DNA from: Clostridia bacterium
GTDB taxonomy: Bacteria > Bacillota > Clostridia > TANB77 > CAG-465
Direction of reading: 5' to 3'
DNA: 64,000 bases
NCBI GenBank assembly: GCA_029256705.1
Contig: JAQSXK010000010.1
Coordinates: 10,317 to 74,316, forward strand
The notes beneath the pieces were generated by a model. That model ran no database searches, had not been told where the DNA came from, and worked only from the letters and a program-made list of their open reading frames with translations. Below are positions 1 to 9,712 of this stretch, piece after piece. Position 1 is the first letter of the stretch, and every line of letters starts with the position of its first letter. Both the position numbers and the translations under genes were made by a program.

Positions 1-1092
1 GAAGATGAAAGTATATTTGATTTAGCTAGAGATAATTTTAAAAAGTTAGAAGAAGGGGATAAAGATATATTAGCATTATGGCAATATTTTAAAGATGTTA
101 GTATGAAAGAATATGAAAGAATATACAAAATATTAGGTTGTAAATTTGATTCATACAACGGAGAAGCTTTCTATAATGATAAGATGGAAGAAGTAGTAAA
201 AATATTAGATGAAAAAGGTGTACTTGTAGAAAGTGAGGGAGCTAAAGTTGTTAAATTAGGTGAAAATGAACCTCCTTGTATAATACTTAAATCTAATGGT
301 TCTACTATTTATGCTACTAGAGATTTAGCTGCTGTATTATATAGATCTAGAACTTATAATTACGCAAAATCTATATATGTAACCTCATATGAACAAATAC
401 ATCATTTTAAACAAATTTTTGAAGTTTCTAAATATCTAGTAGATGAAAAATATACTAAAAAATTAGTTCATGTACCATATGGTATGGTGAGACTTAAAAC
501 TGGCAAAATGTCTACTAGAGAAGGTACAGTAATTTATCTTCAAGATTTGATTGAGGATGCAATAACTAAATCTAAAAAAATAATTGAAGATAAAGGTGCA
601 GAAGTAGATGACATAGATTTACTTGCTAAACAAATAGGAGTAGGAGCTTTAGTATTCAATGATTTAAAACATAATAAAATTAAAGATATTGTTTTTGATT
701 TGGATGAAGTATTAAGATTTGACGGTGAAACAGGTCCATATGTACAATATACATATGTTAGGATTTGTAGTTTACTTAATAAATCTGGTATAGATGTAAA
801 TAATATAAAGAAAATAAATTATACATATAATGAAGATGAGATAAAATTAATAAAACTTTTAGATAGATTTGAAAGTGCTATATATGAATCAGCTGAAAGT
901 TATGAACCATCTATACTTGCAAGATATATAATTGATGTGGCAAGTAGTTTCTCGGTGTTTTATAATAACAATTCAATACTTGTAGAAGACAATAGTGTTA
1001 AAGAGGCAAGATTGTTACTAGTAAACAGTACTGGAATAGTAATAAAAAAAGGATTAAATTTACTTGGAATAGAAACTCCAATTAAAATGTAA
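1..1092 (+). CDS. argS: arginine--tRNA ligase, C-terminal part (5' end lies outside the window)
   Basis: Frame 1 is open from base 1 into the tracked ORF 103..1092. The sequence looks like the class I ArgRS catalytic-to-DALR anticodon-binding region (STIYATRDLAA..., ...ARLLLV...GIETPIKM at the C-terminus). Confidence 0.88.
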   Translation, partial: EDESIFDLARDNFKKLEEGDKDILALWQYFKDVSMKEYERIYKILGCKFDSYNGEAFYNDKMEEVVKILDEKGVLVESEGAKVVKLGENEPPCIILKSNGSTIYATRDLAAVLYRSRTYNYAKSIYVTSYEQIHHFKQIFEVSKYLVDEKYTKKLVHVPYGMVRLKTGKMSTREGTVIYLQDLIEDAITKSKKIIEDKGAEVDDIDLLAKQIGVGALVFNDLKHNKIKDIVFDLDEVLRFDGETGPYVQYTYVRICSLLNKSGIDVNNIKKINYTYNEDEIKLIKLLDRFESAIYESAESYEPSILARYIIDVASSFSVFYNNNSILVEDNSVKEARLLLVNSTGIVIKKGLNLLGIETPIKM

Positions 1093-1202
1093 ATAATAAT
1101 ATTAATATAATACATAAAGGAATATATTTTCAGATATTAATTGACATAATGTATTATTAGGGTGTATAATATTTTACAAATAAATTAATTAGGAGGGATA
1201 TA

Positions 1203-1439
1203 ATGAAATTTCATTGTATAAGTTTAAAAGATCGGATTAAATATTTAATTGTTGATGTTTTAGAACGTTTATCTATATTATTCTGTTTTTTTATGGTTTT
1301 TGTAATAGCGTGTGTATTTTTACCGATAAGATTATTATCTTTTGATGCAGACTGTGTTTTTAGATTACAAAAAAAACTAATAAATTATTTTTTATCAAAA
1401 CTACTGTCTATAATTTATTTTGATAAATATAAGTTTTAG
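1203..1439 (+). CDS. small hypothetical membrane protein (78 aa)
   Basis: A strong SD (aggaggg) sits 6-7 nt upstream of the ATG. There is one clear hydrophobic helix, and a perfect hairpin terminator follows. Confidence 0.5.
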   Translation: MKFHCISLKDRIKYLIVDVLERLSILFCFFMVFVIACVFLPIRLLSFDADCVFRLQKKLINYFLSKLLSIIYFDKYKF

Positions 1440-1453
1440 AATATTTTTTGTTA

Positions 1454-1496
1454 AAACAACCCCAGCTTCGATAAATTCAAAACTGGGGTTGTTTTT
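1454..1496. terminator. bidirectional intrinsic terminator
   Basis: A perfect 13-bp stem, aaaacaaccccag (1454-1466) with ctggggttgtttt (1483-1495), has A and T runs on both sides. It lies between convergent genes. Confidence 0.8.
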
Positions 1497-1506
1497 ATAC
1501 ATTTAA

Positions 1507-2244
1507 TTAATTTAATTCTTCTTTAGTTACATTTTTATTCCAACCATCTATATTAGATCTTTGTATAGCGCCAAAAATATGTGATCTAACTTTAGGTATA
1601 TCTTTTTTAAGACTTTTTAATAAATCCGTCATATAATCTCTCTTGGTAAATCCATCAGCTGGGCAACATTTTCCCATGACTGGATAATTCTTTTCCCTAG
1701 CTATTGCTCGTATAATTTTTTCTTCTACATAGATAAATGGGCGAATAGTTTTAACTTTACTTCTGCTTAAATACGTTACAGGAGAAAAAGTGTGTATTTT
1801 ACCATTAAGTAGTAAACTCATTAAAAAAGTTTCCATAACATCATCTGCATGATGTCCAAGAGCTATTTTACTACAACCATTTTCTACAGCTAAACTATTT
1901 AATATACCTCTACGCATGTTTGCACATAATGAACAAGGATTTTTTTCTTTACGTATATTAAATACAATATCTGCAATATCTGATTTATATACTATATATT
2001 CTATACCTAATTCTTTGCACAATTCTTCTAATTTTTCTGTTTTAAAAGTTTCACTTCCTGGATGAATTGTTATTGCCATTAAAGTAAACTTTTTATGATA
2101 AAATTTTTGTAAATAGAATAAAGAATAAAGTAGTGTAATACTATCCTTACCACCAGATAATCCAACAGCTATTTTATCTCCTTCATCTATCATATTAAAA
2201 TCTTCTATTGCACGTTTTGCTTTCCCTATAACTCCTTGTAACAT
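1507..2244 (-). CDS. ttcA: PP-loop ATPase, TtcA-family tRNA thiolation protein
   Basis: It has the SGGKDS PP-loop motif near the N-terminus and Cys pairs (CSLC, CCPADG) typical of the TtcA/TilS-like N-type ATP pyrophosphatases. Confidence 0.75.
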   Translation of the reverse strand: MLQGVIGKAKRAIEDFNMIDEGDKIAVGLSGGKDSITLLYSLFYLQKFYHKKFTLMAITIHPGSETFKTEKLEELCKELGIEYIVYKSDIADIVFNIRKEKNPCSLCANMRRGILNSLAVENGCSKIALGHHADDVMETFLMSLLLNGKIHTFSPVTYLSRSKVKTIRPFIYVEEKIIRAIAREKNYPVMGKCCPADGFTKRDYMTDLLKSLKKDIPKVRSHIFGAIQRSNIDGWNKNVTKEELN

Positions 2245-2367
2245 ATTATTTTCTCCTTTAAACTAATAAATATATTATATCACAGCTAATATTACTTAGC
2301 AAGAGTTAATCTACTAACTTAAATAAGAACATAATGAATGAGTATCATAAAGAAAAATAAAATAAGT

Positions 2368-2413
2368 AATAACATCAGTAATAATATAATTTTCTAATAT
2401 TACCGATGTTATT
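2368..2413 (-). terminator. intrinsic terminator downstream of dapA
   Basis: A 16-nt inverted repeat with one mismatch (aataacatcagtaata / tattaccgatgttatt) is followed on the minus strand by a T-rich tail. Confidence 0.6.
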
Positions 2414-2429
2414 ATATAATTATAACATT

Positions 2430-3308
2430 TTATGCTAGATTAAATTCTTTTAAGGTATCTTTTAAAGTTTGTATATTTTTATCACTCATTTTTGAAAGGG
2501 GTAACCTTGTTCCTCCAACATTATACCCCAAAATATTCATACATTCTTTTATTGGTATAGGATTAACTTCAATAAATAAGCTTTTAATTAATTTTAAATA
2601 TCTTAGTTGTAATAATTTAGCTTGCTCTGTATTATTATCAAAATACAACTGACATAAGTTATTTGTTTCTTTTGGAAGTATGTTACTAAGTACTGAAATT
2701 ACACCTTTACCACCTAAAGATAAAATAGGAAGAATTTGATCATCATTACCTGAATATACATCAAAACTTTCATCAACTTTAGATAGAATATCTGCTATTT
2801 GAGATAAATCTGAACTTGCTTCTTTTATTCCAATTATATTAGGTACCTTAGACAATTTAACTACAGTATCTACAGAAATATTTACTGAAGTTCTAGATGG
2901 AACGTTATATACTATTATAGGCAAATTTACAGATTTTGCAATCTCACAAAAATGCATATATAAACCATCTTGTGTACATTTATTATAATATGGTGTAACA
3001 AGTAATAAACCATCAACATTAACTTTTTCGGCATATTTAGATAATTCTATTGAGTATGCTGTATTATTTGTTCCTGTGCCGGCTATGACAGGGACTCTTT
3101 TATTTACTACTTGAACAGTATAACGTATTAGTTCTCTTTTTTCCGTATCTGTAAGAGTAGAAGACTCTCCTGTTGTACCACATACAACTATTGCTTTAAT
3201 TCCATTTGAAATTTGAAATTCAATCAATTCTTTTAGTTTGGCATAATTTACATTTAAATTATCATCAAATGGAGTAACAATAGCGGTAGCCGCACCTTTA
3301 AATATCAT
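2430..3308 (-). CDS. dapA: 4-hydroxy-tetrahydrodipicolinate synthase
   Basis: A 292-aa protein with the GTTGES motif, the YNVP motif and the active-site Lys context (IGIKEAS). It is collinear with DapA over its full length. Confidence 0.92.
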   Translation of the reverse strand: MIFKGAATAIVTPFDDNLNVNYAKLKELIEFQISNGIKAIVVCGTTGESSTLTDTEKRELIRYTVQVVNKRVPVIAGTGTNNTAYSIELSKYAEKVNVDGLLLVTPYYNKCTQDGLYMHFCEIAKSVNLPIIVYNVPSRTSVNISVDTVVKLSKVPNIIGIKEASSDLSQIADILSKVDESFDVYSGNDDQILPILSLGGKGVISVLSNILPKETNNLCQLYFDNNTEQAKLLQLRYLKLIKSLFIEVNPIPIKECMNILGYNVGGTRLPLSKMSDKNIQTLKDTLKEFNLA

Positions 3309-3388
3309 TTAATCACCTCCTGCTAAATTATATGAATAAGGTTATATAAATATGAAAGAGATGACAAATAAATGTCACCTCCCATATC

Positions 3389-3733
3389 TTATTTTAGTAT
3401 CATAACTATTAATGTGATTACTCCAATAGTAAATATTGAAATAAAGGCAAGCATAGATCCTTCAAAATACCTATCACATTCCACCACAATTTTTCCTTCA
3501 CTAGTATATATATTAACATATACAGATTTGTCATATTCATGAAGGAAGAAGAACTCTAAAAATTCGAACAGTTCATTATCTCTGAGCTTTATTGGAAATT
3601 TTAGTTTATCAATTTCAAATTCCCATAAATCTTGTTCAATTTCTTGAATGTTATCAATAATTATTTGACGTAGCTCTTCGTAAGTAGATCCTTCTTTCAA
3701 TATTATTTTTTCAATAACTTTTGGATACTCCAT
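3389..3733 (-). CDS. hypothetical protein with a C-terminal transmembrane tail
   Basis: The internal ATG at 3733 is preceded by aaggaggt at ideal spacing. The tracked start at 3814 has no SD. The C-terminus is hydrophobic (FISIFTIGVITLIVMIL). Confidence 0.5.
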   Translation of the reverse strand: MEYPKVIEKIILKEGSTYEELRQIIIDNIQEIEQDLWEFEIDKLKFPIKLRDNELFEFLEFFFLHEYDKSVYVNIYTSEGKIVVECDRYFEGSMLAFISIFTIGVITLIVMILK

Positions 3734-3888
3734 ATTAATACCTCCTTTTTTAGTTAAATAAGGATTAACTTTTTTACACAGACTAATTATATCATACATA
3801 TTATGTAAAATCAAATAAATTTAGTATAACATACAAAACCAGCCACAAAATTGTGACTGGTTTTATAGTTTAAAAATTATATGTTATA

Positions 3889-4035
3889 CTAGTTACAGCA
3901 GCAACAAATTAATATAAGTACTACAACAATTATTATACAACAGCAAGAATTTCCGCCGCCGAATAATCCTCCGCCGAATCCGCATCCAGTGTTACATCCG
4001 CAACCTGTATTGCATCCACATCTTTCATCCATCAT
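3889..4035 (-). CDS. 48-aa Cys/Gly-rich tiny membrane peptide (YjcZ / tiny_TM_bacill-like, sporulation-associated family)
   Basis: I translated this by hand; it is below the track's size cutoff. The sequence is MMDERCGCNTGCGCNTGCGFGGGLFGGGNSCCCIIIVVVLILICCCCN followed by a stop. A very strong SD (aaaggggggaa) lies 7-8 nt upstream, and a hairpin at about 3840-3866 follows. Confidence 0.55.
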   Translation of the reverse strand: MMDERCGCNTGCGCNTGCGFGGGLFGGGNSCCCIIIVVVLILICCCCN

Positions 4036-4207
4036 TATATATTTCCCCCCTTTGTGTTATAATAACCCTCCGTGAGAAAGGGTTTGAACCATCTACCCCG
4101 AAAAAGGTATCAAAGTTCAATGGTGTAGAGTATCTATCCTTACTACAAATTAGAAATATAAAAGCAAGAGTTATAAGTAAGACGAATAATTGATTTCTGG
4201 ATATCAT
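4025..4207 (-). CDS. small hypothetical protein (60 aa) with an N-terminal hydrophobic segment; overlaps the start of the Cys-rich peptide gene
   Basis: There is a good SD (aaagggagtg) 8 nt upstream of the ATG. Its stop overlaps the downstream peptide start by 11 nt, an arrangement consistent with translational coupling. Confidence 0.4.
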   Translation of the reverse strand: MISRNQLFVLLITLAFIFLICSKDRYSTPLNFDTFFGVDGSNPFSRRVIITQRGEIYNDG

Positions 4208-4369
4208 ATAATTTTCACTCCCTTTAAGTTTAAGATATGTTATGTAAGTTAGTGTAATTATCTTTAACTTAATATACTATATTCTTTTAAAACAAAAATG
4301 TTACTATATTATCTATTGACTAACAGATTTTTTTTTGGTACAATATAACTGTTAAAAAGGAGAGAGATA

Positions 4370-5722
4370 TTGAAAAAGAACGATGTATTAACTGTAGATA
4401 TAGTCGACAATGGAATTAATTTTGAAGGTATAGCTAAGGTAGATAAAATGATTATATTTGTACCTGGAGGTATTAAAGGCGAAAATATTGATGTACGTAT
4501 AATTAAAATTACTTCTAGTTATGCTATTGGTAAAATTGAGCAGATAAACAAAAAGGCTGATAGTAGAATTGAAGATACCATATGTCCCGTATTTAAAACA
4601 TGTGGCGGTTGTGAATCTCAACATATTAAGTATGACTTTCAATTAAGTCTTAAAACTAATATTGTTAAAAATACTCTTAATAGACAAGGTGTAGAATTTG
4701 GCACATTAAATAACATTGTTGGTATGGGACTTCCATATTACTATAGAAATAAAGTGCAATATCCAGTTAGAAGTATAAATGGAGAAAATAGGATAGGATT
4801 TTATTCAAAAAGAACACATAATATTGTAGAGAATAATTGTTGTTATATACAAAATAGGGTAATAGATATTTTATCTAAAGTTGTATTTGAAAAACTTATG
4901 GAATATGATTTTTCTGGTTATAATGAAATAGATTTTAGTGGAGATATTAGACATATAGTTATAAAAAGAGGATATCATACTAGTGAAATAATGATAGTAA
5001 TTGTAGTAAATAATAGGCAATTATTAAAAGATGTTAGATTTCAAAAGGTTGTAAGTGAGTTAAATAAAGAAAATATAAAAGGTATCTTTTTAAATTTAAA
5101 TGAAAGTAAAACAAATGAGATATTAGGAGATGAAACTATTCAAATATATGGTGAAAAATATATAACAGATATAATTGGAAACCATTGTTTTTACATATCA
5201 CCTAAATCTTTTTTTCAAGTAAATACAGTTCAAGTAGAAGTATTGTATAATGTGCTAAAAGAAGGATTGAACTTAAGCCATAATGATATTTTATTTGATT
5301 TATATAGTGGAGTAGGTACAATAGGGATATTTCTAAGTGATTACGTGAAAAAAGTTTACGGTATAGAAATTGAAAAAGAAGCTGTAGAAATGGCTAATAA
5401 AAATATACTATTAAACGAAAATAAAAACTGTGAGTATATAGCAGGTAGTGTGGAGGATAAAATAGAAATATTTAAAAATAGCAATATAATTCCAACTGTG
5501 ATAGTAGTCGATCCTCCTAGAAAAGGGCTTGATGAAAAAAGTATACAATATATACTAGATTTTAATCCAGAAAAAATAGGTTATGTCAGTTGTAATCCTG
5601 CTACTTTAGCAAGGGATTTAAAGTTATTAAGTAGTAAATATACAGTAACTGGTATAACACCTGTAGATATGTTTCCACAAACTGCTCATGTAGAGTGTGT
5701 TGCTATTCTAATAAGAAAGTAG
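4370..5722 (+). CDS. rumA: 23S rRNA (uracil-5-)-methyltransferase, RumA/RlmD family
   Basis: It has an N-terminal TRAM-like domain, a Cys cluster (CPVFKTCGGCESQH), the SAM-binding motif DLYSGVGTIG and the C-terminal catalytic motifs VVDPPRKG...VSCNP. The start is TTG, preceded by aaggagag. Confidence 0.88.
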   Translation: MKKNDVLTVDIVDNGINFEGIAKVDKMIIFVPGGIKGENIDVRIIKITSSYAIGKIEQINKKADSRIEDTICPVFKTCGGCESQHIKYDFQLSLKTNIVKNTLNRQGVEFGTLNNIVGMGLPYYYRNKVQYPVRSINGENRIGFYSKRTHNIVENNCCYIQNRVIDILSKVVFEKLMEYDFSGYNEIDFSGDIRHIVIKRGYHTSEIMIVIVVNNRQLLKDVRFQKVVSELNKENIKGIFLNLNESKTNEILGDETIQIYGEKYITDIIGNHCFYISPKSFFQVNTVQVEVLYNVLKEGLNLSHNDILFDLYSGVGTIGIFLSDYVKKVYGIEIEKEAVEMANKNILLNENKNCEYIAGSVEDKIEIFKNSNIIPTVIVVDPPRKGLDEKSIQYILDFNPEKIGYVSCNPATLARDLKLLSSKYTVTGITPVDMFPQTAHVECVAILIRK

Positions 5723-5763
5723 TATTTTTATATAATATATATTTTAAGAAAGAAGGTCTTTAA

Positions 5764-8382
5764 ATGACAAACCAAGAGTCAGATAAATTTGATGTAAAAG
5801 AAAGTTATGGAATTGATTGTATTTTACCCAAAGAAGAGTTTATATCAAAGTACAAAATTAATGTTGAAGGGTTAAGCGAAGAAGAGTCTATAAAAAATAA
5901 AGAGCAGTATGGTAAAAATGAGATTAAGCAATCTAAACCAAAAAAATGGTATAACTATTTTTTGGCTAGTCTTATTAGTCCTTTTAATGTTATATTACTT
6001 GGAATAACAGGAGTTTTATTTTATACAGATGTAATACTTCAAGAAGTTCCTAGTTATACTAATATAATAGTTATAGTCGTATTAGTTTTAATAAGTACAT
6101 TACTAGAATTTAGTCAAGAATACAAGTCTAATAAAGCTGCGGAAAAACTAAAAGAATTAGTATCTACAACTACAACAGTTTTAAGGAACAATGAAAAATT
6201 TAAAGTTTTTGTAAAGGATCTTACTGTAAATGATATAGTTATTCTTTCAGCTGGTGATATGGTATCAGCTGATTTAAGAATTATTGAATCAAATGATCTA
6301 TATTTAGGACAGTCATCTTTAACAGGAGAATCAGATGCAGTTAGAAAATTTACAGATACTCAAACTAAATCTATAGATGAGATTTCTGGTATTTCAGATT
6401 TAGATACAATTTGTTTAATGGGTACTAATGTTATTAGTGGTTCAGCTAAATGTGCTGTTATGAAAATTGGAGACAATACTTATTTTGGAAAAGTTGCAGA
6501 TACTTTAATCCAAGGTAAACCTAAAACAGGTTTTAGAAAAGAAATAGAAAATATAAGTAATTTATTAATAAAGTTTATGCTTATTATGATACCAATTACT
6601 TTCTTTATTAATGTATGGAAACATGATATGTTAACCACTTTTACATTTGCAGTTGCAATAGCTATTGGAATAACACCACTATTACTTCCGGTTATATTAT
6701 CTTCAACTTTATCTAAAGGTGCTATTAAAATGTCTAAGAAAAAAACTATTGTTAAAAAATTAGACTCAATTCAAAGTTTCGGAGCTATGAATATTTTATG
6801 TACAGATAAAACAGGAACGTTAACAGAAGATAAAATTGTTCTAGAAAAATATTTAGATATTCATGGAAATGAAAATATAGGAGTTTTAAAATATGCATTC
6901 CTAAATTCATTTTTTCAAACTGGTTTAAAAGGTAGTATAGATGAAGCTGTAATAAATAGAGGTCTACAAAACGATTTAAGTCAGCTAACAGAAAAATATA
7001 AAAAAGTAGATGAAATACCATTTGATTTTATGAGACGAAGACTTTCAATTGCTGTTAAAGATGATAATCAAATTATATTAGTAACTAAAGGCGCAGTTGA
7101 AGAAATTTTAAATATTTGTTCTTTTGTAGAACACGATGATAGAGTTTTTGATATAACAGATCAAATTAAAGATAATGCAAAAGGTATAGCTGAAAAATTA
7201 AATGAAGATGGTATGAGAGTAATTGCAGTATGCAAAAAATCAAATACCAACGGCATGGAAGATTTCGAAATAAAAGATGAAAAAGATATGATTCTTGTTG
7301 GTTTTATTGGTTTCTTAGATCCACCTAAAGCCAGTGCAAAAGATTCAATAAAAAAATTAAATGATGCTGGAATAAGAGTAATAGTACTTACAGGAGATAA
7401 TGTCGCTGTTACTAAATCAATTTGTAATCAAGTAGATATTAATACTTCAAAAGTTATTACAGGAAATCAGATAGATAATTTACCTGATGCAGGTGTAATA
7501 CATTTATTAAAAGATGTTAATGTGTTTGCAAAACTTTCTCCTATACAAAAAGCTAGAATTGTAAGATTATTAAAAGATAAAGGTAATGTAGTGGGTTATA
7601 TGGGTGATGGTATAAATGATGCACCATCACTTACAAACTCTGACGTAGGAATTTCTGTTGATACAGCGGTAGATATTGCTAAAGAAACAGCAGATATTAT
7701 CTTACTAGAAAAAGATTTAAATGTTTTAATAGATGGTGTTTTTGAAGGTAGAGCAACATTTACGAACCTTATGAAATATATTAAAGTAGCTGCAAGTATG
7801 AATTTTGGCGAAGTATTTTCAGTAGTAATTGCAAGTATTATATTACCTTTTTTCCCAATTACACCGATACAATTGCTTGTTCAAAGTTTAATTTATGATA
7901 TGGGACAATTGTCTATACCTTTTGATAATGTAGATAGCGATAATTTACAAAGACCTAGAAAATTAAATATATCTAGTTTAAAGAGATTTATGATTTTTAT
8001 GGGACCTTTAAGTTCATGTTTTGATTTAATTGTTTTTGCTACATTATGGTTTGGTTTTGATTTAAGAGCGCCAGATAGTGCATTATTTCAAACAATTTGG
8101 TTCTCATATGGTATAGTTTCCAACTTAGTTGGATTACATGTTATAAGAACGGCTAAAATGCCTTTTGTGGAGAGTAATGCATCAAAATCTGTATACTTTT
8201 CTTCAATATTATTTAGTATAATTTCAATACTAGTACCTTTCACAATATTAGGTAACTTTATAGGATTAGTAGCAATTCCACTTAAGTACATTGCGGTAAT
8301 TCTTGTAGTGCCAATATTATATTGTATAGTTGCTTTATTTGCTAAGAAAATATATATTAAAAAATATAATGAATGGATATAA
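5764..8382 (+). CDS. mgtA: magnesium-translocating P-type ATPase
   Basis: It carries DKTGTLT, TGD, MGDGINDAP and an MgtA-like C-terminal membrane block (FQTIWFSYGIVSNLVGLHVIRT). Its length is 872 aa. Confidence 0.85.
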   Translation: MTNQESDKFDVKESYGIDCILPKEEFISKYKINVEGLSEEESIKNKEQYGKNEIKQSKPKKWYNYFLASLISPFNVILLGITGVLFYTDVILQEVPSYTNIIVIVVLVLISTLLEFSQEYKSNKAAEKLKELVSTTTTVLRNNEKFKVFVKDLTVNDIVILSAGDMVSADLRIIESNDLYLGQSSLTGESDAVRKFTDTQTKSIDEISGISDLDTICLMGTNVISGSAKCAVMKIGDNTYFGKVADTLIQGKPKTGFRKEIENISNLLIKFMLIMIPITFFINVWKHDMLTTFTFAVAIAIGITPLLLPVILSSTLSKGAIKMSKKKTIVKKLDSIQSFGAMNILCTDKTGTLTEDKIVLEKYLDIHGNENIGVLKYAFLNSFFQTGLKGSIDEAVINRGLQNDLSQLTEKYKKVDEIPFDFMRRRLSIAVKDDNQIILVTKGAVEEILNICSFVEHDDRVFDITDQIKDNAKGIAEKLNEDGMRVIAVCKKSNTNGMEDFEIKDEKDMILVGFIGFLDPPKASAKDSIKKLNDAGIRVIVLTGDNVAVTKSICNQVDINTSKVITGNQIDNLPDAGVIHLLKDVNVFAKLSPIQKARIVRLLKDKGNVVGYMGDGINDAPSLTNSDVGISVDTAVDIAKETADIILLEKDLNVLIDGVFEGRATFTNLMKYIKVAASMNFGEVFSVVIASIILPFFPITPIQLLVQSLIYDMGQLSIPFDNVDSDNLQRPRKLNISSLKRFMIFMGPLSSCFDLIVFATLWFGFDLRAPDSALFQTIWFSYGIVSNLVGLHVIRTAKMPFVESNASKSVYFSSILFSIISILVPFTILGNFIGLVAIPLKYIAVILVVPILYCIVALFAKKIYIKKYNEWI

Positions 8383-8411
8383 AATATAAATTGAATGGAG
8401 AAAAAAATTAA

Positions 8412-9635
8412 ATGAATCAAAATTGGAAAAAAAACATAATACTATTTTTAGCAAGTCAAACAATATCACTATTTGGATCATCGCTGGTTCAATATGCAAT
8501 TATGTGGTATATTACTTTAAAGACACAGTCTGGTCTAATGATGACAATATCAATTATATGTGGATTTTTACCTACTTTCTTTATATCCCCATTTGCTGGA
8601 GTTTGGGCAGATCGTTATAATAGAAAGATACTTATCGTTTTATCTGACTCTATGATTGCAATATCTACACTAATTATGGCTATATTATTTTTCATGGGAT
8701 ATGATGCGTTATGGTTACTTTTTGTAATTTCTGCTGTGCGTTCGTTAGGTTCAGGAGTTCAAACACCAGCAATAGGAGCTATTTTACCACAACTTGTTCC
8801 AGAAGATAAGCTTACTAAAGTTAATGCAATAAATGGAAGCATTCAGTCGTTAGTTATGCTTGCTTCACCTATGCTTAGCGGAGCGCTACTTACAATGACA
8901 AAAATAGAAATAATATTTTTTATAGATGTTGTTACTGCTATTATTGGCGTTTTAACAATGATTACACTTGTAAAAGTAGTTACTCACGCAAAAGCAAATG
9001 AAAAGAGAGAAATAAGTTATTTAAGTGATTTTAAAAATGGAATTAAATACATAAAAAGTCATGCATATGTCAAAAGATTTTTCTTGTTTTGTGCATTATT
9101 CTTTTTTCTTGCTACACCTGTAGCATTTTTAACTCCCTTACAAGTAACACGTAGCTTTGGTAATGATGTATGGAGATTGACTTTAATAGAGATCACTTTT
9201 TCTATCGGTATGATGATAGGTGGTATATTAATGTCATCATGGGGCGGTTTTAAAAACAAGGTACACACAATGGTATTATCCGGTATTGCAATGGGAGTAT
9301 GTACATTTGCACTTGGAATAGTGCCTGTTTTCACATTATATGTTATTTTTATGGCTATATTTGGAATTTTTATGCCTATGTTTAACACTCCATCTACTGT
9401 ATTGCTACAAGAAAAAGTAGAAGAAGATTATTTAGGAAGAGTATTTGGAGTATATGGGATGATAGCTAGTGCCATTATGCCGATTGGAATGATTATCTTT
9501 GGACCACTATCAGATATGTTTAAAATTGAATGGTTACTTCTTGGAACAGGAGTTTTGATACTTGTTATTAGTTTATTCTTACTTAAAAATGATGTACTAA
9601 TAGAGGCGGGAAAGCCTAAAGAAGAAGTTTCTTAA
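8412..9635 (+). CDS. MFS transporter (DHA3 / macrolide-efflux-like)
   Basis: It has about 12 predicted hydrophobic helices and the GVWADRYNRK loop motif after TM2 that is typical of MFS proteins. Confidence 0.8.
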   Translation: MNQNWKKNIILFLASQTISLFGSSLVQYAIMWYITLKTQSGLMMTISIICGFLPTFFISPFAGVWADRYNRKILIVLSDSMIAISTLIMAILFFMGYDALWLLFVISAVRSLGSGVQTPAIGAILPQLVPEDKLTKVNAINGSIQSLVMLASPMLSGALLTMTKIEIIFFIDVVTAIIGVLTMITLVKVVTHAKANEKREISYLSDFKNGIKYIKSHAYVKRFFLFCALFFFLATPVAFLTPLQVTRSFGNDVWRLTLIEITFSIGMMIGGILMSSWGGFKNKVHTMVLSGIAMGVCTFALGIVPVFTLYVIFMAIFGIFMPMFNTPSTVLLQEKVEEDYLGRVFGVYGMIASAIMPIGMIIFGPLSDMFKIEWLLLGTGVLILVISLFLLKNDVLIEAGKPKEEVS

Positions 9636-9712
9636 TTTGAAATAAAAGAGCACAATAAATGGTAACATTGTAAATTCATCATATAATGTTTATATAAAGG
9701 AGGGTATTATTT

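Noticed and set aside
4388-4642. Short overlapping or antisense ORFs within housekeeping genes. Examples are 4388..4642, 6785..7021, 8088..8420, 8423..8620, 9059..9388, 11750..12088, 12347..12601, 13520..13912, 14032..14274, 15700..15978, 16838..17095 and 17923..18198.
   Set aside because: All are nested in or antisense to genes with clear family motifs. All lack ribosome-binding sites. They are typical spurious ORFs of an AT-rich genome.
5723-5763. A possible M-box (Mg2+) riboswitch ahead of mgtA.
   Set aside because: The intergenic gap is only about 40 nt, far too short for an M-box. The mgtA gene appears to follow rumA directly.
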